Source: Camelus dromedarius (Eukaryota). From it: a DNA stretch of 64,000 nt. The notes beneath the pieces were generated by a model. The model searched no databases and was not told where the DNA came from. It worked only from the letters and a program-made list of their open reading frames with translations. Both the position numbers and the translations under genes were made by a program. The DNA is taken from the NCBI RefSeq assembly GCF_036321535.1, contig NC_087437.1, positions 28,460,001 to 28,524,000 of the forward strand. Direction: 5' to 3'. This document shows, one piece after another, positions 37,930 to 50,604 of this stretch; position 1 is the first letter of the stretch, and each line of letters begins with the position of its first letter.

Positions 37930-38162
37930 GGATAGCCAGTGAATGAGAAGACCAGGTTCTATCGCCAAATTCTCCGTTTACTGTTGATGTGGCTTTCGGG
38001 CATCACTTTCTACATTCTCTAAGCAGAGTTCATGCTGTCCTGAATGACACGTATGCCTTGTCTCCATCTTCAAGCTGCTGGGGGAGTGTGCTCATGGAGA
38101 GCCCAGTACGGTCCTTGGCTCATACAGGGCCTCAGGAATGGTAGCTGTGGTTAGTGGTGGTG
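37930..38162 (+). mobile_element. Degenerate MIR
   Basis: agaagaccaggttcta...gtttactgttgatgtggctttcgggcatcact...ttggctcatacagggcctcaggaatggtagctgt. Confidence 0.55.
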
Positions 38163-38940
38163 TCCTGTGATCCTTAGGACTGATGCAAGGAAGGAGGCCA
38201 GTTAGTTTTCAGAAGCCCTGACTGTAGTCACGATCTTTGCTACTCATTTGTTATGTGATCCTTGGCCAGATACTTCACATTTCAAAGCTGGTCTCAAGTT
38301 TAAAATAAGGTAGTAGTGTCTGCTTTGATGACTTCCAATGACTCTTGTGAGGAAAATATTATAGAAAATAATAATCGTTGTATAAACATAGACAGTGGTA
38401 GTTCTACATACTGTCTTTGGTACTAAGTTCTCATCCCTGAGAGGGAGCCTCGTAGGAGCAGGGAGGTCACTCAGAGAGTGAATGTGGGAGGAATGCTTCA
38501 AGACTGCTTTTGTTTCAGTAATGTGATAATTAAGGTTTCTCAGAGTATGTGTGGTGTTTTTTGGGGGGTGGTGGGTGGCGTGGAATAGGAGAAAGGATAT
38601 GGAGAGAACGGTGCCAGAGAAATCAAATCTCAAATGGTACCTTTTATTTTCCAACCTTAGTCTTGCTTCTTTACGTTACTGCTCCCGTAGGATCCTGATT
38701 CTAGGCTGACATATGAATGAGCAACATTACTGATCAGGGAGGTCTGAGCTGCAATGAGATAACATAAAATGATGAAGGCAATGAGACGCAAAGAGTTAAA
38801 TAAGGTTAGCTCATGGTCAGCATGTCAAGATACGGATGATGGCAGAGAAACAAAGAGAATTCATAGTGAAATTAGGAATATGGGGATCCCAAGGGTCCAC
38901 AGAGCAGAAAACACTTGAGAAATTAAAAATGGAGATAGAG

Positions 38941-38942
<2 letters not shown>

Positions 38943-38982
<40 letters not shown>
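38943..38982. repeat. (GT)20 microsatellite
   Basis: Perfect dinucleotide run. Confidence 0.97.
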
Positions 38983-38985
<3 letters not shown>

Positions 38986-40238
38986 AATTAAAGGATGAGT
39001 ATTTTTGGAGACTACATTTAAGAAAATAAAAAGGATTTGTTTACTTTAGACTGTAAAATCTCATATGCCTCATACTAGTGAGGTTAGTTTCTGGCATCTC
39101 ACAAAGAGTCAACATATGTATAAAGAAAGAATTATTAAACTTAAAAAACAAATTATAATTCAAGGACCTTTAAAGTTATATACAAGTTAATTCACTACTT
39201 ATAAATGTCATTATTATTGATTACTGATATATTTTATTAAAGATACTTTTCATTTATTCATATTTAAACATGGATGTGTAATGTTCAATCACTGGCTTCT
39301 TAATAATTGTACAAGCCTGATTTATGAAAAAAATGACAAATGATTCAAGAGAAAAGTGGAGTTGAAAGTTACCTTTTGGGATTTAAGTGACTTGTCAGAA
39401 TAAAAGATAGAAAAGACAGCAAAAGCTACTTGAAAGAAATCTCATTCACTTTTAAATATCCAAGTTCAGTTAGTTTTCTTCTTAGATAGTTATCTTTCCT
39501 TTGCTCTCAGGAATGAAGAGAATGAATTGAGATGTCAAGTGATGGCAATCTTTTTTTTTTTTTTTTTCCCCTTTTCCCTTTTCCTTTTGTTTGTGGTGAT
39601 AGAACGCATTTTGCTGCTTTTCTGACTATGGATTGCGTAAGGAAGTACTAGTTTAGCTGTCTTTTCCATCAGAGGAATTGAGTGATTCACATTGGTTAAT
39701 CTTTGACTTATAAAAGGTATCATCTGGTTTTTAAAGTACTGCGTACATCTGGAAAGAGATCCTACTTAACAAGTATCTTGTATTTGTTACTCTTCCTCAA
39801 AGGGAAAACAAGTTGACTCTTTCAAAAACTACATTTAGTACTTGTCAACAAAGACTAATTATTCCCCTGATGATTTAAACTTTATCTCCTCAGAATAACA
39901 CAATTTAAACTTGCCCACCTGTTCTATCATTTGACTTCAGCTACACGTGTAAGCAAGAAATCGTTTTTGCTTCCTTCTTGGTTGACATTAGCAGAAACTA
40001 TATATATTTTGACCTCATCATTCGGGCAGGACAGATGACATCGCAAGTTTCAAATCATATGACTATGAGAGTGATCCAAGCTGATTTGCTTGCTAATAGA
40101 TTGCTAAACTAAATTTCAAAAAATGTTCTCCCTGTCTCATGTAATTTTTTTTTAAAGTTGTATTCAGTCCATTTTTTTTCAGTTGTTATTTATCATGAGG
40201 TGCTTGGCTGGTTTCTGACTGTCTAGGTGGGACAGATC

Positions 40239-40630
40239 CAATGGTATCCTGGTAAATGTTTACCAGTCTGCTGCCTGAAAGGGAGAAAGAAAGACCACCT
40301 TGATTTGTCATGTTTGCTGATTTCTGTGGTAGAAATACTAACAACGTGGCTCATTTCACACTCCCAATGTGAGGTCCCTGAATGTGGAGGTTTAAAAAAA
40401 AGAACTTTTTGTTTATTTATTTATTATATTATTTTATTGTGGGGGCAGGGGGGCTAGGTTTATTTATTTTTGGTGGAGGTACTAGGGATTGAACCCAGGA
40501 CCTCATGCATGCTAAGCCTGCGCTCTACCACTTGGGCTAGCCTCTCCCCACTCCTAGAATGTGGAGTTGAGAAGAGATGCGCACAGCCCGCTAAGGCCGG
40601 CCAGTGCAAGTAGGCTCCACCTCACCCCCA
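40239..40630 (-). mobile_element. MER63A-like hAT transposon interrupted by a SINE
   Basis: ctggtaaatgtttacca...tgatttgtcatgtttgctgatttctgtggtagaaatact...ctgaatgtggag [SINE] ttgagaagagatgcgcacag...ggctccacctcacc; reverse-complement similar to the copy at 7829-8015. Confidence 0.8.
40390..40556 (-). mobile_element. tRNA-Ala-derived camelid SINE (Vic-1 type) with 10-bp TSD
   Basis: tggaggtactagggattgaacccaggacctcatgcatgctaagcctgcgctctaccac; TSD GAATGTGGAG at 40380-40389 and 40557-40566. Confidence 0.92.
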
Positions 40631-40984
40631 AGTGGTCAGCGTTCCACAGTCCTGAAATCTCCATCTAGGATTTGAGAGAGGCAGAAGATGAGAGATACAG
40701 GATGGCGCTCGTTCGCTCTCCTGGTATTGGTGAACGTGATGCCGCACGTGAGCGTGGGTAGGTGCTCCAGCCTCCTCCTTTTATTCAGACAGCAAATTCC
40801 TCAGGGATCCATGGTGAATTAAAAAAGCCGGAAGAGGGTTCAGACATTAAGTCAATCATCCGTGTTTTACAGTACCTACCTTTGCTTCATTTGCAGTCAG
40901 AGCAGACTCACTCTATAAAACCCGAAGCAGAATAATGCTCTGAGCATATTCCCAAGAGAGATTTAGAAAATTATAATCTTATTG

Positions 40985-41715
40985 CCTCTTGAAAACATTG
41001 GCCTTTTTCCTCTTTGTTCAGCTTCTCCCAGGACACCTGCTTGTCAAATTTCCAGTCGATTCTTTTGGCTTTGTCATGGCAACCAAGTACCTTGGCCAGG
41101 GCCCTAATGACTTCCAAATGTTTAATTATCTCTTGTTTCTGATATGCTTGTTCTGTCACTTTTTTAGTATCTTCACTTCTCGAATAGGCCCTTGGCCTGT
41201 GCCTAGAATCAGATGCGTATTCCATTACCTGTCTTGCCTTCTCCAGTGTATCTTCCACATCTGTTTGAAGCAAAGGCAGCTCCAGTGTTACACCGTAATA
41301 TAACAAAACCGTAACAAAAGCCCCACACCTACATCCCACACCCTGGTGGTTAAGATTAGTGATGGCTGAAAATCCTGTACCCATCCAGTAATTATCTGTG
41401 GTGATACTGATACAAATTTTAACTTTTTAAAAATTGATAGGATCCAATATAAACAAATCTTTCCCTGCTTATGTCATCCAGATCATTCACTCATCCTGGA
41501 ATTTCCTTTCCTCCTCCCTTTCCTTATCCCTCTCTGTCCTTCAAGATTCATCTCAGGAATCACCCTTTCTGTGTCATCTTCTCTAATTTGGCTCCTCCTC
41601 TAATTCGGCGCCTCTGCTCTCAGACCTAAGCAGGGTTTCCTCTCTTGTTCTGCTCCTTGGGGCTTCCATAGAAATACTCTCTGACCCCTTCTGTGAGTAT
41701 GTCTTCATTTATTAT
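40985..41715 (+). mobile_element. Fragmented L2 LINE
   Basis: taatgacttccaaatgttta...tattccattacctgtcttg and cctggaatttcctttcctcc...tccttcaagattcatctcaggaatcacc. Confidence 0.55.
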
Positions 41716-41727
41716 AATTGCTAATAT

Positions 41728-41892
41728 TTTCCTCCCCAAATTTTATTTTGAAAAATTCCAAGCCCGGCAGAAATTGCAATCCTAGTATCATAAATGCCCA
41801 CATGCCACTCAAGGAGATTTCCCAAGTAGATTTATGTACCCATATACACATTTCCCCCCCTGAATCCAGATGGAAGTAAGTTGTACACATTC
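41728..41892 (-). mobile_element. L1MC4-like 3' terminus
   Basis: aaattttattttgaaaaattccaagc...agaaattgcaa...tagta...gaagtaagttgtacacat. Confidence 0.6.
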
Positions 41893-42174
41893 CCCCCTTC
41901 TGTTAGGCAGCCCGTACTGAAATCTTCCTGGCCTTGAGTTAATTACAGTCAGTACTTTTTAGAGGCTTATTTCTTGGTTTGTTCATTCATCAAATATTTA
42001 TTAAACAGCTACCGTGTAGAAGATGCTGAGGATGAACTTTGAAGGTTTCAATGAAGAGATGGCTGGACTATAGAAAATTTATATACTTGGAGATGGTTAG
42101 CTCCTAAGAAAAGGATAAAATGTTACTGTTGTAAGTGGGGAAAGGAATCCATGTACCCAAGTCTGTGAACTTAC

Positions 42175-42755
42175 CATCATTCATCTGTTCACTGACTCTG
42201 TCAGTCAGTCACCAACATGTACTGTCTGTTATATACCAGGCACTGTCAGGGGCTCTGAGTGTTTACAGAGGAGTCTTCTTCCCTGTAAAGAATCCAGTCT
42301 CACACCGGGGACAGAGAAGCTCATCAGATGCGAGGGAGTCTGCTCACTGATGGAGGTCCCCAGGATACCATGGAAACAGAGGAGAGGGAAGCAGGGCAGG
42401 CTTCCTGAGTATTTCCAGTGATGCTTGAGTAGTAATTTGAAGGATAAGGAGTAAACGAGGCAGATAAAAAGAGAGGAGCACGTTCGAAACTAAAGCATCA
42501 GTGTATTTCATGTCAAAGCACGAAAAAATACGAGATGTTCCAAGAACTAATAGCAGTTTGGTATAACTGGAGTGACAGTTGCCAAGGGGCAGTTATAAGA
42601 TAAGAGAAGGCACAGGGCTGGAGGCTAAGACCCAGATTATGAAGGACTTCATCCGTTCAACCCGAGTTGAATCTTTACTTAAAAGCTACGGGAAACCACT
42701 GAGTGATTCAGGTGGCATAGTGATAGAGACCAGATTTGTGTTCGAGTAACCTCGT
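42175..42755 (-). mobile_element. L2 LINE 3' fragment
   Basis: cattcatctgttcact...caacatgtactg...taccaggcactgt...ggcttcctgag...ttgaaggataaggag...ccagattatgaaggac...gggaaaccactgag...cagatttgtgtt. Confidence 0.8.
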
Positions 42756-43590
42756 CGTGAAAAAAGATTGTGAAAAGGATAGCTCGTAATATTTTTAATT
42801 TGGGCACACTAAATATTGCTGTAATAGCTAACTCAAAGAGTAAAAGTAAATGAATGGCAGGGTATGTAATTATTGTGCCTTTAAGAAATTGACCAAATGA
42901 TTGATACCTCAGCCAATATCTCTTACCCAGAAGACAATTTTATTTTCTTTCAGACGTTTTCTCTTGAGATAACTGACATCTAAAATGTAAAAAGAAAATG
43001 TATTGCTTAGAGCAAAGAGTTAGTAGTCTCTGCAGCTCATATTGCTGCATAAAAGAAAAGGTGGGGGCAAGGCGGAGTCACCATAATTAGATACCTGGTC
43101 TTGCAGGGGACTGGAAAGCATTTAAAGCATTTTATTCCTTGCTGCAAAGCTCTTTCTGTTGAGCAAATGAGTAGGAATTCATCAGTGAAAACATGACAGT
43201 GATTCTGGAGATTTTATAATTGATGTAATGTTTTGTTTATTAGGCCAGTTCGGCCTGATTGATTTGCAGATTGCAGCAGCTCTGACAAAGCCCCCGTCGT
43301 TCACATTTCTGTTCTCTGGATGCCTTGCACTGTGGATCCCCTGGCAGGATCAATGGGCCTCAAGATTGTGTCAGAGATCACATTTATAGGGATCATTTGT
43401 GGGGATGTTTCAAGTCTGTGACATAGATTGAAGGAACTTATCTAGCTGTATTCCTTTAGAATAGCACACTGCATTTGTTTTCAACTCTTTCAATCAGATA
43501 GCATAGTTCTTCTGTGAAGGTTAATGCCACAAAAGAGCGTATCAACTTGATTTCTGAAGGGCATGTTATTAAATTAGCTTTCACGTAGAC

Positions 43591-43812
43591 CAGGGTTTCT
43601 CAGCCTCTGCACTGTGGCCATTGTGGATCTGATACATACTTGTGGTGGCCACTGCCCTGTGTGTTGTGGGAGGCTTAGCAGTGTCCCTGGACTCTACACA
43701 CTAGTGGCCAGGAGCAGTTTTCCCTCAACAACCAAACAGTTCTGACAACCAGACCTTGTCTTCAGATATTGTCAGATGTCTCCTGATGAGCAAACCTGCT
43801 TCAGAACCATAG
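43591..43812. mobile_element. MER20 hAT-Charlie DNA transposon with 8-bp TSD
   Basis: CAGGGTTTCTCAGCCTC...ctgccctgtgtgttgtgggaggcttagcagtgtccctggactctacacactag...tgacaacc...cagatattgtcagatgtctcctg...agaacca; TSD acgtagac (43583-43590) / atgtagac (43813-43820). Confidence 0.9.
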
Positions 43813-44639
43813 ATGTAGACAATTAAGGGTTAAAATGAAACAGACAAAAAAAGTAGTTCAGTGATCCTTTCCATGGACTAATTGCATTTATTCATTTTTC
43901 AAATATATATAGCTATATTGATAACAATATAGATAAATATTTAAATATAATGTTTTGGTACTTTACTGAGTGCTAATTTAGAGAATATCTCATAGAATGA
44001 ACAAATCTGAAATATCTGTGGAATTGTCTAAATTAATATATATGTGAAGTTTCCATAATTTAAAAATAAATATAGAGAGAAAGGAAACAATCACAGAAAG
44101 ATGTATCAAAGTATACAGATGAAGTTCCATAACAAGTTCTATATTTTTACATAATAATAGCAAAATTAGGGTTAAATCTGTAAGAGTATAACCACAAAAG
44201 AAAATCCTTTTTAGTCATGGTTTATAATATTGGGCTTACACATTTGTTTTAGGATTTCATTTTTAGCCACATATTTAGTATTTGTTTACTTTGAAATGTT
44301 ATTTCTAATACTTGAAAATAGCATTGAGAGATAAATTTACATTGTAATGGAAATTTATACATAGACGCCAAAAACCTAATCTTTGTTAAAATGTTAACAA
44401 CTCAATGTTAAGTGGATAGTTTGAGCCACAAGATACCAAGGTAAGAGGTGCTGATGTAAGGATTTGGTAGGGATATGCTACTATCATGAAGCTGAATAGA
44501 ACTATTAGAAATCTTCTAGCTAAATTCATAGAAGACCAGTAAGTTTCAAAGAAAAGGATGAAGGAAGTAGATACAAGAATAAGCCCAATGAAGTTACTTT
44601 TTGTCTTAGCCCAGTATTAACTATTTCTAGCTTTTTTTT

Positions 44640-44842
44640 CAATAATTTTTTACCAAGTGCTGACTATATGCCAAGCATTTTGGTGCCAAGTTCGACGCCT
44701 ACAGTTACATGACTTCATTCATTCTGTAAAATAGCTCACTGAAGCACGTATTGATAGTCCCATTTTAGAGATAAGAACACTAAGAATTAAATGTTTAATT
44801 GTAGTTGGTTACTACCAGAACCAGAGATTGAGCCTAAATGCT
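44640..44842 (-). mobile_element. MIR SINE
   Basis: agtgctgactatatgccaagcatt...cccattttagagataagaacactaag...agaaccagagattgagccta. Confidence 0.75.
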
Positions 44843-47149
44843 ACAATTTTTTTTAACTGAATATATTCAGCAAGCATCTAAAATGTACCAGATACTTCGC
44901 ACTGAAGAAAACACGTCAGTTCCTGCGCTTTGCAGATAATAGTCTTCACTACATCACCTTCACATTTCATTCTGTTTCATGCGTTTTCTGAATTATAATC
45001 AAGCATGAGAGTCACCTATCACATGGCTCATGGCCCTGGGGAACTTAACCTGTGTTGATACAGTAGCTACATTCCATTGAAACCTTTGCTATAAAGAGAG
45101 TATCTGTCAGGTGATTTTTTTTTTTTCCTATTCCCACAATGTATTTTAAATTCAAAATGCCCTAACTCTTCATGGACAACTCCTGGAATAGAGTTCCTTC
45201 TTTCTCTAATTTGATCACTAAAGTTATATAATTGATAACAGACCATAATATCATCTTTTTTTAGAATTTTTTTATGTTTAAAATTACTTACGACCAGAGA
45301 CATCTGTGTACAATGTCTCTATAGTGTGACTTACAATAACTTTGTGTTTTTGTTATCTCAGCAAGAGATCACTTGCAAGGAGACAATGTCCCCTTTGTGA
45401 TTTCTAGTCAAGCACTGCATGCTTTTACATGTCTAGCATATGTACAGCATGGCCGAGGTCAGGAAGGATAAATTCATTGCATGCCTACTATCACTCCAGA
45501 AATTCACCTCCAGTATGAATTGATGTGGAAGTTGAAACCTACCTGACATCCCAGATCATATATTAACCAGATATGTCCTCTGAATTGTGAAAAGAAAAGC
45601 TTTAAGTGCATTATGTATTTATGGCCTGAAGTGACCCATTAGTGAACAGATGTAATTCGGAAGTAAAAATCTAAGTATCTTAAAACTTTTTTTTTGGAAC
45701 ACATTTATAACAGACTGTTTTCTGAACTTAGTCCTACCAACATGATTTAGCTTCTCATAAGATATTTTAAACTAGTTGTCTAGTTTTGACAAAAGCTTTC
45801 AACCTGTGAGGGAAAAAAGTCAATCAAACACGGTGAGAAAGATTGCAAAAGAACAGAAAGTGATCTGCTGTTACAGTGGTGAAAAGGAATCCAGTTTGTT
45901 ATTTAGTGACTTCTCCTGCCTTTTTCTTGGCATAACTACTTTTGAAGTTGTAAGTAAAGATCCAGGGCGGACCGTGTTAGGAGCTTGGCTGCAAATGTGT
46001 TAGCAGCTCCGTGGAAATGGACTGCGCTACCTGAACACTGAACTGTCTTCCGTGAATAGTCTGAGTTCAGCTTTTTATAACCAACCCCTCTTTTGGGAAG
46101 TTCTTCAGATGATACCAGTCACTACATCTCTACCACTGAATTTAGGATGGTTGTAGGCAGCTTGTTTAGAAAGCATTCTACTATACTAGGGATTTACAAT
46201 ACATGCATGTCATATCTTTAGTTAACTTAACACCCATAAAATACATGTTGAGATAAACTTCCTGAAGAGTAATCCAAAAACTGTACTGTTTAGCAGTTTG
46301 TAAGTTTTGAAAGTAAAATGGATATGTGGCCCAAACAATTTTCTGATAGATTTAATAGTTTTGTAGTTCCTTTCATTACTTGGTGAACTAATGAGAAATT
46401 ATAGCATGACTTAATCTTTTCAAGTCTCAGCGAACAAAGAAATAAAATGGTTGAATGTTTGCTATTTTCACATTGCTTCACAAGGCAAAGTAACTCATTT
46501 ATTAATACTGTCATCATTCATTCTCTCTGATGTCTTAAAGCCTTTCATTTTCAAGTTTTGATACCTCAAATTGGATGAATGTAATTGAGCCTTAAATTTA
46601 AGCTCAGTTCATCTTCCCTAACTAATACAGAGATAGCTCAAAAGATATACTACCGACTAAGTTGGTGATGTTAAACTGTTAATTTTTTTTCAAAAAGATA
46701 GAAATAGAATTTGAAAATAGAATTAAGGAACCATTGCTTAACTTTACTTTGTCTTAACAAAGGTTTGTAAACAACTGATGCAGCCTTGAGGTTGGCATAA
46801 CAGAGCTACATCATTTTAATTAAACAATTCTGTTAATTATACAATTATAAACATCTTTTAATAAGCTGAAAGTTTATGCAGGTTTTTTTTTTTCCTGGAA
46901 CTTCCAAGATTATTTTTAGGGACTTTTTCTCTTCTGAGATATTTTACTAGCTTAAAAGAGCAAGATATCTCTATCACAAATACATGATCTGTATGTACAT
47001 GTGTATATAGAGAAAGAGCAGGGGGAGGGAGGGAGGTAAATGTTTGGACTCAGATATAAAGGAATCTTTCAAAAGTGTAAACAAAGCAGCCTGTGCCAGG
47101 ACAAACATGTGAAAGAATGCTAAATTTGCTACAACCTAGGAGGAAGACA

Positions 47150-47250
47150 AGACTGACATTCCATGAGCAAGCCTTCCATTTCTTTAACTGTGAAATTAGG
47201 TGGTTAATTAACACTATTTCTAAATGCTATTCCAAGTCAAAGATTCCACA
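47150..47250 (+). mobile_element. MIR3 fragment
   Basis: tttctttaactgtgaaattaggtggtt...atttctaaatgctattccaagtcaaagattcc. Confidence 0.6.
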
Positions 47251-48157
47251 ATTATTTATCAACTGCAAAATTCAAAAAGAAGACGACGAAGAGGAGTGGT
47301 CTCAGCGACCACAGTGGAGCTGAAAAATGTTAACTAGGTTTATAATCTTAGCCAGAGGGTTTGTTGCTATTTGAAAACCGAGTAACAACTTTCCAACCTT
47401 GAATTTAATTGCCATCAGAAGCGTCTTATTCTGGTCTTAATCGACCAATGTATCTCTGATTTCAAGACAAAATTTTTAGAGAAAGTACACATCTTTTATC
47501 CCATGTAATTTTTACCAGTTGATTTTGATAGCACTTAATTTTACTCCATTTCAGCCCATTTTTCTTCTTCTTTTGCTGCGTGAGTCATCTTGCCGAGCTC
47601 TGCAGAGTATAAATGTAATATCCTCAGCACCTAATAAGCTGGCAGATACATTTCCATTTGAATGTAGATGTTATGGAAAATTTAACTGAATTCGGCTATA
47701 ATGCTTCACTTACTTTTAAGTGGTCCACGTTGGAAGATTAATGAAAGACTCTTTCAGTTTATTGTTACATTTTGGAAATGCAGCAGTGTGATGCTTTGGG
47801 AGGATAGACTATGACAGGTGCAAGACTGAAATTTAAACACGTAGGCATGATGAGGAAGCACTATCACAGCCATTAGGAAGTGCCAGTCATCCTTGGTGGC
47901 TTTACCATTCCTTATGAAAATGAAGGGCATCAAAATAATTGCTTATTAATGTCAGTTATTTTGGATGGTGAATTAAGACAGATTTTCTATATAGATCATC
48001 TCATTTGCTCTTCATTAATGGTCAAGTAATAGTTCGCAGAATATTAGACATTAATAGTTCGAGGTAGCAAAGATAGACTAAAATAATGCTAAAGTGATTT
48101 GGTTGATTTAGGGAAAGTAGTGATTTAATGCAGAACTCCATGTTTATTTCTAACTAA

Positions 48158-48372
48158 GTTTTTTAAATGAAGATTTCCGAGCATATACAGAAGTGGAGAG
48201 GATAGTATAATATATCATAATCCGGTGTCAGCAGTTTCCAGTATTTGTTAATCTTGTTGCTTCTATCCTTCCACTTTTTGGGGGGTGTCGTGGTGGGTGG
48301 TGGGCTCGAATATCATTTCTTGTGTAAATGTTTTAATATGCATCTTTTACATAGAAAGACTTTTTAAAAAAT
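48158..48372 (-). mobile_element. L1MC5-like 3' terminus
   Basis: gatttccgagcatatacagaagtggagaggatagtataat...atatcatttc...ttaatatgcatct...aagactttttaaaaa; similar to the start of the 9175 element. Confidence 0.6.
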
Positions 48373-50569
48373 GAGAATCTCTTTTCTCTCTTCTTCTGTA
48401 AAAACATTTAAGGTTAAAGATAACCATAAAATAGAAGACTAGACCAGCTATAGAAACAGCACTTGTCAAGTCAGCCTTTATTTTAAATTTACTATGTACA
48501 GTGATTTATTATTTGAAAATTACCCAATATTTAAAAGTCCATTGAAAGACATGTTTAGTTTTAGTTTTTGTTTTTATAAGAAGAGGGGGTTGGAAAGAGA
48601 AGGACCATTTTCATTATTTGGATAATGGGCACATGCAGGTCTGATGAAAACAAAATGCTCTGAGGCAGCTTCAGCTGGAAAACATCTGTACCTCCTTCTG
48701 TAATCAGTGTCAGCCACCAGCGTCTCCCAGCAGCCCTGCAAGTGGCCACTTCCCAGCTCTGTTATAAATCATTAAGTAGCCACACTAGAGTGGCTTTAAC
48801 CCGTAGAGCTGACAGATTTGCCTTGGCATTTCCCTTACATGGCATGACCATTCAAACCCGGGTGTCAAATTGCAGTCAAAGGAAGCCAGCTGAAAACCGG
48901 CAGGGTGTGATTGCCAGGAAAGTGAAATTGATGTATTACTTGTGGAATAATCTACATAAACCTTACCAGACAAGAAGAAAGTGTTCAGTGTGTATTTGAA
49001 CATGGAGAAGTAATTGGAAAAAATAGAGAAGGTCTTCAGGGATGTTGGAAGTATTAACAAGGCAGATTGCCACCCCATCATCTCCACCCACCACCCACAG
49101 ATCCTTTCTTTGCGTTCTCATAGGTCAAAAGAGGACTTGTGAAGTGGGAGCAATTATTTTTTCCATGGACAAAGAATTGACTTCATCACGTTATTTCTTG
49201 GAACGTGTCTGTTATTCTTATATCTTATTTATATGACAAAGAAGTATCTTTTAGATATGTACATTTTAACACGTGGAGGTTATTAGCTCCTTCTGAGAAT
49301 AGTTGTATTCTGCAGTGCATGAAGATAGTTTGCCCCCAAAGGAATTATTTTTCTTCCTCAAGTAAAGCTTTGATGCTATAAGGCTCCTCTTGGCAACCTG
49401 TTTTTAGCTCTTCTCACAATGAAATGTAGAGAACTGAAGATTAATTCCATTGAAATCATTAATGCACTGCAGTATGTAGATTATCAGTTACTCAAGATAA
49501 ACACCACTGATTACTGTTGAATTACACATACAAATATTTACAACATTCTGGGTAATGAATTCACAAAAATAAATAATAATTATAATAATAGAGACCTCGT
49601 ACTCAAATTTCCATATATTTCTTGAATCCTGAAAGGAATATTTTCCAACAAGTTCATACTGTGGTATAATTTAACAGGGTTAAGAAACATTTGCTGTGCA
49701 ATGTTAACCACAATTATTTCCCCTCAGACTTCAGAAAATCTAAGTTTAGATGTCAATCCCTTGTTTCCTAGAGATATTTCTACGTATTTTTATATTCTTG
49801 CTACAGGATACATCAACATATTCATAATTTAGTAGTTTGAAGTGTAATATGGAATCATATTTTATGGAGTTCTTTTACATTTCAGAAACAATTTTTAAAT
49901 TGACTAAAATATTTAAAATTTAAAATGTAGGCTTTTTTCCTTAAGACTGTAGTCTGTTAAACTGTTCAGATGCATACAAATATTTGACTCAGATGTCTTG
50001 GAGGACTATAAATTAAATCACACCTTAATTGTTTATCTCTATTTCAATCTTTTGTTTTAATACAGTGATATAGTTCTGCCTTTTTAGTTGGAATCTCTTA
50101 AATTGGAGTTTCTTTGAAAGTGTTGTTATTTGCGGTTCATGCCTGAAATATGAAGCTGTTTCAGAAGCAGAATGAAATGTTTATGGCAGATAAGACTTGC
50201 TGACTAATAGTTGTTGGAAACTTTCCACTTGTCAAATTGTTATGTAGATGATCATATATTAGTTCTAGCTGAGAGGAGAGCTCAACCCCCAGGAATCTAA
50301 AACAACACTTTGCTGGCAAAGAGTGAGTTTGTAGGAGTAAGAGCTTGTGTGAAGAATACAGAAGCATCATATGATTTACCCCAGTTACACCTCTTAGCAG
50401 ATGATCAGAGGGGCGCAGCCCTGAATGTCTTCTTGGAGAACTCTGGCTCTGCTGCTCCACCCTCAGGTCTGCATCCCGCTTCGGTTCCCCATTTTTTCCT
50501 GGTTATGTTTGTTTCCCTGTTCCTCACTTCCTTTTTTCCCTTATCTTCCCTTTTCCTCTCTTTCCCTAG

Positions 50570-50604
50570 ACTCAAAATGTGATTTGGGGTAGGGGTTGTG
50601 GTGG
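50570..50604 (+). other. Candidate 35-nt microexon
   Basis: Long pyrimidine tract with CTCAC branch-point-like motif (50523-50527) and TAG acceptor at 50567-50569; donor TGG|GTGAGT at 50604/50605. Confidence 0.4.

Noticed and set aside
38244..38654. 136-aa minus-strand ORF
   Set aside because: Non-ATG start, no recognisable protein features; length is plausible by chance in 64 kb over six frames.
40971..41384. Longest ORF in the track (137 aa, minus strand)
   Set aside because: Antisense to a decayed L2 fragment; no recognisable domain or splice context.
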